From assembly GCA_033763315.1 (NCBI GenBank), contig JANRKS010000003.1, positions 1-56,119 on the forward strand: a stretch of 56,119 bases of DNA, written 5' to 3'. Within the stretch, counting starts at the first letter, position 1; each line of letters starts with the position of its first letter. The notes under the pieces are model-generated. The model was not told where the DNA came from. It did not search any database and saw only the letters and a program-made list of their open reading frames with translations. This DNA is from Deltaproteobacteria bacterium (GTDB lineage Bacteria; Myxococcota_A; Polyangia; Fen-1088). Shown in pieces: positions 50,112 through 56,119 of this stretch. Position numbers and translations under genes: made by a program.

Positions 50112-51634
50112 GTCGCTACCTTGTGCTGTCCTTTCGTTTCCTCTCTCCGTATTTTCACGGAAGAGGCGACAATGGATCTCCCGAGTGGCCGCCCTCGCCT
50201 TTGCGAGCGTTCCAAGCTGTGGTCGCAGCAGCCGCGCGCGCTAACACGTTAATCGCAACGCGAGACGCGTTGAAGTGGCTGGAGCAACGGGCAGCGCCGC
50301 TAATTATCGCACCCGAGGCCAGCGAGAGCACTGTCGGCTACATCCTTTCAGTGCCGCACAATGCAATGGATCTCGTGGGCAAACAGTGGAGTAGAGGGGA
50401 CGACGGCACTCCCGAAAAACACCGGGCCATGAAAAACGTGCGTCCACACCAGCTGCCGGAAGATGCAGTTGTGCACTATGCTTGGCAATTGGATGATGAG
50501 GGGTGGGCCGCACCCGCGCTTATCTCTGCAGCGCGTGCGGTGGTGGCGCTGGGATGGGGAGTCGATCTCGTCGTAGGTAACGGCTTAGTCGTTGAAACTG
50601 GTGAGCTTGCGAATCTTTCAGCAAACCTCAAAATCTGGCAGCCTCGTCTTGATGGAAGGCGAGAGCTTCGCACGCCAGTAAAAGGCACGCTTGAAGACCT
50701 TGATGGTCGGCATGCAGCATTCTTGGATCGGGTTAGGCTTGACGAACCCACGATTCGGCCCCCACCCGCGATATCTCTCTTCTCTGCCGTAAGGTACGCG
50801 CGAACCGACCAGCCGCGAATTCTTGAGTTTGCCGGTTTCACGTTAATGCGCGTCGATTCAGATAATTTTCGCGCATTCGAAACCGCACGACGCGGAATGG
50901 CGGTCGCGGGGATGCTTCGCCATGCCGTGCGCACTGCGGCCGAGCGTTCAGGTTGGGACAGTGAACGCGTTCGAGCTTCAATCCTCGGTCATGGGAGTGG
51001 GGACGACGCTCGCTTGATGCTTGTACCAGTTCCCAGCATCGAGTCCAGAAAGCCTGGCGGCGAGTATGTAGGATCCGTGCGTCGGGTGATCGTTTTCTCG
51101 AACGACGCCCAAAGCAACGACACGGCGTGGGCGGCGCGTGCTTTGGGCGGTGCCGACCTGATCAACAACACGACGGGCGAAGTAGAAGCCGTGCTTGCTG
51201 CAACTTCGCGCGAGGACCGCGTATTGCAGCGCTACGTCTCCGAATCGTCCAAGTGGGCATCGGTGACCCCTGTGGTGCTTCCCGGTCATGATGACCCAGG
51301 TGGAGTTCGGGACAAGCTCCGTAAGGCGAAATCCGCTGAGGAACAAACGTCATTGCTCAATCGCCTCACAAAGCGACGCGAAGGGTTGGTGCGAAAGGCA
51401 TTGCGGCAGGCGGGCTTGAGCGATGAGTTGGTGTTTTCAGCTGACATTGAACTCCGAGAAACCGGCTTCATCGCCGGCGTTGAAAAAGCATCTCGGTTCA
51501 CTGTGCCAAGTCATCTTGTCGCAGCGCCGCGGCTCCACGTAAAACTCTCCTGGCCATCGAAGGTAGCCGGGCCGATTTGCGTGGGTAGCGGTCGCTTCTC
51601 CGGACTAGGCTTATTTGCAACGGTAAGTTCGTGA
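50108..51634 (+). CDS. csb2: Type I-G Csb2 (Cas5-Cas6 fusion)
   Basis: EWPPSPLRAFQAVVAA, LGWGVD, WASVTPVVLP, Gly loop GPICVGSGRFSGLGLF. Confidence 0.93.
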   Translation: MSRYLVLSFRFLSPYFHGRGDNGSPEWPPSPLRAFQAVVAAAARANTLIATRDALKWLEQRAAPLIIAPEASESTVGYILSVPHNAMDLVGKQWSRGDDGTPEKHRAMKNVRPHQLPEDAVVHYAWQLDDEGWAAPALISAARAVVALGWGVDLVVGNGLVVETGELANLSANLKIWQPRLDGRRELRTPVKGTLEDLDGRHAAFLDRVRLDEPTIRPPPAISLFSAVRYARTDQPRILEFAGFTLMRVDSDNFRAFETARRGMAVAGMLRHAVRTAAERSGWDSERVRASILGHGSGDDARLMLVPVPSIESRKPGGEYVGSVRRVIVFSNDAQSNDTAWAARALGGADLINNTTGEVEAVLAATSREDRVLQRYVSESSKWASVTPVVLPGHDDPGGVRDKLRKAKSAEEQTSLLNRLTKRREGLVRKALRQAGLSDELVFSADIELRETGFIAGVEKASRFTVPSHLVAAPRLHVKLSWPSKVAGPICVGSGRFSGLGLFATVSS

Positions 51635-51715
51635 GTTTTTGATTTAAACGCTTTGCCGATCGGCGCGCCGGTCGTTGTTTGAGATTTAATCGTGCGATCC
51701 GCCGCAAAGGAAGAC

Positions 51716-52528
51716 ATGGCCACTGCAAGCGACTCTGCCCTTAAAGCCGCACCAAATCTTGAAGTGTCCGATCTTGTGCCCGCGCGCATGCTTAACGAGT
51801 TTGCGGATTGCCCACGCCTATCTTGGTTGGAACTGGTGCAAGGAGATTTTGTGGACGTTCCCGACACGGCGACTGGCCGTGGTGTGCATCGAAAGGTGAA
51901 TCAGGAAGGTGGCGCGCCGCCGGCCGCAGACAATGCAATCGATCTGAGCAACCCCAGTTCGTACGTCGCCATCGCTGTCTTCGACGATCGCATTGAGTTC
52001 CACAGCATTGGTGCGTTCCCGACTGGCATTCATGCGGAACTGCTTACACAGGATCACCGATCGATACCACGCAACCCACTTATCGCTGGTGCCTTCCATC
52101 GAACGGGCGCGATCGAAGTTTGGGGCCGCGGCACCAATCAGGTCATTGAGGCGTGCAGATCATTTGGTGTTCCCGCTCCGACCTTCAGCGAACTTTCGGG
52201 CGCGGTAACGGTGGCGCTTAAGGCCGAAGTTGTTGCTGGCGCGACCAAGTCAGCGTCAACCGGGGCACTAAGTCGGCACCAAGTGCGCACGAAGTCAGCA
52301 CTAAGTCGGGAGCAAGTTCAAGTTCTTGAAATTGCAAGTGTTCCACGATCCTTGACTGAGCTCGCAGCACCGTCAGGGCGTACGGACCGCACTAAGTTCA
52401 GGGACCAAGTATTGCGCCCTCTGCTCGACGCGCAACTCCTGACCATGACAATTCCAGACAAGCCTCGCAGCTCAAAGCAACAGTACGTCAGGACGGACGC
52501 AGGCCGGGCGGCCATTGAGAAGAGATGA
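51716..52528 (+). CDS. Chimeric ORF or pseudogene: Cas4 N-terminal fragment fused to an ATP-binding (HATPase_c_4-like) and winged-helix C-terminus
   Basis: First ~75 aa resemble the start of the downstream Cas4/1 (LVPARMLNEFA.CPRLSWLE.VQGDF); then DDRIEF.S.G..P, PRNPLIA, IEVWGRGT, MTIPDKPRSSKQQY. Confidence 0.7.
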   Translation: MATASDSALKAAPNLEVSDLVPARMLNEFADCPRLSWLELVQGDFVDVPDTATGRGVHRKVNQEGGAPPAADNAIDLSNPSSYVAIAVFDDRIEFHSIGAFPTGIHAELLTQDHRSIPRNPLIAGAFHRTGAIEVWGRGTNQVIEACRSFGVPAPTFSELSGAVTVALKAEVVAGATKSASTGALSRHQVRTKSALSREQVQVLEIASVPRSLTELAAPSGRTDRTKFRDQVLRPLLDAQLLTMTIPDKPRSSKQQYVRTDAGRAAIEKR

Positions 52529-52595
52529 TTCTTGAGCAACCGGCGGCTCTCGTCCACCTGTGAACTTTGGCGCCCGATCAGCCGTAAAGGAAATC

Positions 52596-54350
52596 ATGGC
52601 AAACGCGAACGTTTCGACCTCGACAGCATTGTCTCAGCTTGATGTGCCCGAGCTTGTGCCTGCGCGCATGCTTAACGAATTCGCTTATTGCCCCCGGCTG
52701 TCATGGCTGGAATGGGTGCAAGGTGATTTCGCGGATAGTGCCGATACGGTAGATGGGCGACGTGTGCATCGGCGCGTTGACCAAGAAGGCGGTGCGCTGC
52801 CAGCGGCAGAAGATGCCGTCGATTTGGAGCGGCCTGTATCGGCTCGATCGGTTTATTTGTCGGCTCCGAAGTTGGGCTTGGTGGCGAAGATCGATCTTGT
52901 GGAAGGCCAGGGTGTGGAGGTGACTCCCATCGACTACAAGCGTGGCCAAGCGCCTGACGTACCCGATGGTGCGTGGGAGCCTGAACGAGTGCAAATTTGT
53001 GCACAGGCACTCATCCTTGAAGAAAACGGCTACAAATGTGCGTCGGGCGTTCTCTACTTTGCAGAGTCGCGTCGCCGCGTTGCGATCCCGATTTCTGCTG
53101 AGCTGCGGGCGCGGACATTGGATCTGCTGGCCACCATGCGTGAGACGTTCGCAGGCTCGGTCATACCGCCGCCATTGGAGGATAGCCCGAAGTGCCCGCG
53201 TTGTTCGTTGGTGGGCATCTGCTTGCCAGACGAAGTGAACTTGCTTCGCGTGCGCCGTCCGCCTAAACGGGTGGGCGTGGCAGATGCAGGCGAAGCGGTG
53301 CCGTCGAATGCGCCAGAGCCACGGCGTTTGTTGGCTGCCCGCGACGACGCGCTTCCCCTTTATGTGCAGGCCAATGGTGCGCGCATTGGCAAGAGCGGCG
53401 ATGAGCTGGTCGTCACCCCACGTGAGGGACCAAAACAAACCGCGCGCCTTGGACAAACCTCACACATTGCTTTGTTCGGGAACGTTCAGATGTCCACTCA
53501 AGCAATACAAGCAGCCATCGGACACGGCATTCCGATCACGTACTACTCGTACGGCGGCTGGTTCTACGGCGTCACCACGGGGATGATGCACAAGAATGTG
53601 GAGCTACGTCGCCTGCAGTACCGAACGGCGGATGATCGAGAGGCTTCGCTGACCCTGGCGAGGCGCTTTGTGGCGACAAAGATTCGCAACACAAGGACGA
53701 TGCTAAGACGCAATGCCAGCGAGGTTCCGCAACACGCGCTCGAGAGTTTGCGGGGCTTCGCCGAAGATGCCTTGGTATGCACAGCGGCTGAATCATTATT
53801 GGGGATTGAGGGGAGTGCCGCGCGCGTATATTTCGAGCACTTTCCGCGCATGCTCAAGGTGGATAAAGACCGTCCGATGGCCTTCGATTTCGAGGGGCGA
53901 AACCGGCGGCCCCCCCGCGATCCAGTAAACGCCCTATTGTCGTTGGCGTACTCGCTGCTGGCCAAAGATCTCGCCATCACACTACAAACCGTGGGGTTTG
54001 ATCCTTATCTGGGTTTTTATCACCAACCTCGGTACGGCCGCCCTGCCTTGGCGTTAGACATGATGGAAGAGTTTCGCCCCCTGGTGGCAGATTCAGTGGT
54101 GATTGGTGCAATCAACACTGGCGTGGTGCGCCCGGACGATTTTGGAGGGCGGGGTGGCGCGGTGTTCTTAAGCGATGCCGGGCGTGTGCGTTTTCTGCGT
54201 GCCTACGAGCGCCGCATGGATGAATTGGTCACGCATCCAGTTTTCGGGTATCGGATAAGCTATCGAAGGGTACTCGAAGTGCAGGCCCGGTTGCTTGGGC
54301 GGTTTCTCGCAGGCGAAACACCAGAATACCCTGGCTTTCAAACGCGTTAG
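52596..54350 (+). CDS. cas4/cas1: Cas4/Cas1 fusion
   Basis: Cas4: YCPR, KIDLVE, DYKRG, CPRCSLVGIC; Cas1: LLGIEGSAARVYF, RNRRPPRDPVNALLS, LALDMMEEFRP. Confidence 0.96.
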   Translation: MANANVSTSTALSQLDVPELVPARMLNEFAYCPRLSWLEWVQGDFADSADTVDGRRVHRRVDQEGGALPAAEDAVDLERPVSARSVYLSAPKLGLVAKIDLVEGQGVEVTPIDYKRGQAPDVPDGAWEPERVQICAQALILEENGYKCASGVLYFAESRRRVAIPISAELRARTLDLLATMRETFAGSVIPPPLEDSPKCPRCSLVGICLPDEVNLLRVRRPPKRVGVADAGEAVPSNAPEPRRLLAARDDALPLYVQANGARIGKSGDELVVTPREGPKQTARLGQTSHIALFGNVQMSTQAIQAAIGHGIPITYYSYGGWFYGVTTGMMHKNVELRRLQYRTADDREASLTLARRFVATKIRNTRTMLRRNASEVPQHALESLRGFAEDALVCTAAESLLGIEGSAARVYFEHFPRMLKVDKDRPMAFDFEGRNRRPPRDPVNALLSLAYSLLAKDLAITLQTVGFDPYLGFYHQPRYGRPALALDMMEEFRPLVADSVVIGAINTGVVRPDDFGGRGGAVFLSDAGRVRFLRAYERRMDELVTHPVFGYRISYRRVLEVQARLLGRFLAGETPEYPGFQTR

Positions 54351-54372
54351 GCGAAAGAAAAGGAGAACGCGA

Positions 54373-54663
54373 ATGCGAAACGTGTTCCTCGTTTGCTACG
54401 ACGTGTGCGACGATAAGCGCCTCCGTAAGGTTTATAAGACGATGCGCGGATACGGTGACCATCTGCAACTGTCGGTGTTCCGATGCGAGCTTTCTGCCCG
54501 CGAGAGGGTCGAAATGTTGGCGGCATTGGGTCCAATCATCGACCACGATCAGGACCAAGTGCTCATCGTTGACATCGGCCCAGCTGATGGCCGGGCCGGG
54601 CAAGTCTTCGAAGCCATCGGCAGGCCCTACACATCACCCGAGCGTCTGGCGATCGTGGTTTGA
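54373..54663 (+). CDS. cas2: Cas2
   Basis: LVCYDVCDDKRLRKV, HLQLSVFRC; AGGAG RBS. Confidence 0.96.
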   Translation: MRNVFLVCYDVCDDKRLRKVYKTMRGYGDHLQLSVFRCELSARERVEMLAALGPIIDHDQDQVLIVDIGPADGRAGQVFEAIGRPYTSPERLAIVV

Positions 54664-54914
54664 CCCGGCCATGCTCTTTGACACCTGCATAGCAAAGATG
54701 ACGATCCAGTTCGCGAGCGGTTCGGTGATGCTGAATGGCCGGGAGCCGCTCGCGAACCTTGATTTTCGTTGGCAAGTACGCGGAATTGTTAGGCTGACTT
54801 CGATTGTCCGCGCGAGCGACACCTGCCGAAGATTTGTTAGTCGAAACCCGTTTTGCACAACGCTCGAAAACGCTGTCTCAAACCCTGGATTTCATGCTTC
54901 ATTTCTCCCGAGCC
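54664..54914 (+). promoter_or_regulatory. CRISPR leader
   Basis: Non-coding stretch between cas2 and the first repeat; contains inverted repeat GTTCGCGAGCGGTTC/GAGCCGCTCGCGAAC (54709-54757). Confidence 0.8.
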
Positions 54915-56119
54915 CTTTCCCTCGTTGTTGAACGAGGGCCCCGTTGAAGCGGTACGCCCAAGGACGCTTACGCAGCTCTTGTGCAACTTTCCCTCGTTGT
55001 TGAACGAGGGCCCCGTTGAAGCACGGTCGGCTTGTGTCAGTGGAACCAACCGCGGCCGTCGCTTTCCCTCGTTGTTGAACGAGGGCCCCGTTGAAGCAAT
55101 TTTTTTTGGGTGGTCATAGGGCGGCCTTCCTGTACTCTTTCCCTCGTTGTTGAACGAGGGCCCCGTTGAAGCACCTACCGACGTCATGAGCTTGCCCCAG
55201 GAGTCGATGGTCTTTCCCTCGTTGTTGAACGAGGGCCCCGTTGAAGCTGCTAAACACATTGGGGAGCCCAATCGCGTCGGGCGGCTTTCCCTCGTTGTTG
55301 AACGAGGGCCCCGTTGAAGCCGCCAACAAAGTCGACGAGCGTTTCCTAGTGCCCTCTTTCCCTCGTTTTTGAACGAGGGCCCCGTTGAAGCAGAGCTTTT
55401 TGGACACAATCACAATCCATCGCAGTGTCTTTCCCTCGTTGTTGAACGAGGGCCCCGTTGAAGCAAGCTCGCCCCACATCACGATCCCGCGCTCATCACA
55501 GCTTTCCCTCGTTGTTGAACGAGGGCCCCGTTGAAGCCGCTGAAGACGTATGAGGAGTTTCTGCTGCGGATTGCGCCCTTTCCCTCGTTGTTGAACGAGG
55601 GCCCCGTTGAAGCCGCGCCATGGGCGGCGAGGCATTCCAACTTGCTACGCACTTTCCCTCGTTGTTGAACGAGGGCCCCGTTGAAGCCGGCTGAACGGAT
55701 CGCGGCGGGCAATCGAGAGGTTGTGCTTTCCCTCGTTGTTGAACGAGGGCCCCGTTGAAGCTTTCTGCACCGTGCTCACGATGTGAAGCGGGCACAGGTA
55801 CTTTCCCTCGTTGTTGAACGAGGGCCCCGTTGAAGCAACCTCGGCGCCCTTTTCGATATCGGGGAATTCGCACTTTCCCTCGTTGTTGAACGAGGGCCCC
55901 GTTGAAGCTCTGAATAAGAGGCGTCACTCCCCCCGGTGGTTGCAACTTTCCCTCGTTGTTGAACGAGGGCCCCGTTGAAGCCGGGTTGGCCGCCGGAACT
56001 GCCCGAGCGACGCTGAACTTTCCCTCGTTGTTGAACGAGGGCCCCGTTGAAGCATCACCATCTTGATTTCCGCAGGGACCGCCGCCGGCGTCTTTCCCTC
56101 GTTGTTGAACGAGGGCCCC
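54915..56119 (+). CRISPR. CRISPR array, 36-bp repeat CTTTCCCTCGTTGTTGAACGAGGGCCCCGTTGAAGC
   Basis: 17 repeats (last truncated by the window end) and 16 distinct spacers of 35-40 bp; internal hairpin CCCTCGTT/AACGAGGG; repeat 7 (55356-55391) has one G>T change. Confidence 0.99.

Noticed and set aside
51635-51715. Possible degenerate CRISPR repeat or CreA-like mini-array in cas intergenic gaps
   Set aside because: Only short matches (CTTT, TCGTTGTT); no repeat hairpin or GTTGAAGC end.
43398-54914. Mobile element or CRISPR-associated transposon carrying the cas locus
   Set aside because: No integrase, transposase or tns genes and no att duplication seen; cas3 is intact.
54837-55945. ORFs within the CRISPR array
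   Set aside because: Translations of repeat-spacer units, not genes.

Overview
GC-rich bacterial chromosome segment. The gene content points to Myxococcota or a related deltaproteobacterium (Myxococcus-type Cys-rich repeats, many lipoproteins, futalosine pathway); this assignment is inference. From left to right: (1) small regulatory and housekeeping genes (DUF1232, FHA-GGDEF cyclase, TonB-like, YgiQ radical SAM, mdh-sucC-sucD-ndk, rlmN, GbsR-like regulator), with a giant Cys-rich fibro-slime lipoprotein between ndk and rlmN; (2) a cluster of large exported proteins with eukaryote-like domains (VOMI x2/C-type lectin/ricin/AbfB protein, HEAT protein, Notch-like EGF-repeat protein); (3) Rrf2 regulator plus sigma70 factor, divergent from a futalosine menaquinone operon that has an MqnA-MqnC fusion and a degenerate radical-SAM paralogue; (4) ilvD; (5) the RNA-repair locus rtcA-rtcB/rtcR, followed by a second sigma54 promoter driving an atypical tRNA-Asp-like RNA set in long-range stems; (6) a WYL regulator and a complete type I-G (I-U) CRISPR-Cas system, with a putative leader peptide, a chimeric cas4-fragment gene and an array (17 repeats, 16 spacers visible) that runs off the window end. 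The best candidates for undescribed biology are the RtcR/sigma54-linked tRNA-like RNA beside the WYL-CRISPR locus and a possible split vitellogenin/MTP-like lipid-transfer module in the exported-protein cluster. All family calls come from motif recognition by eye; no database searches were run.
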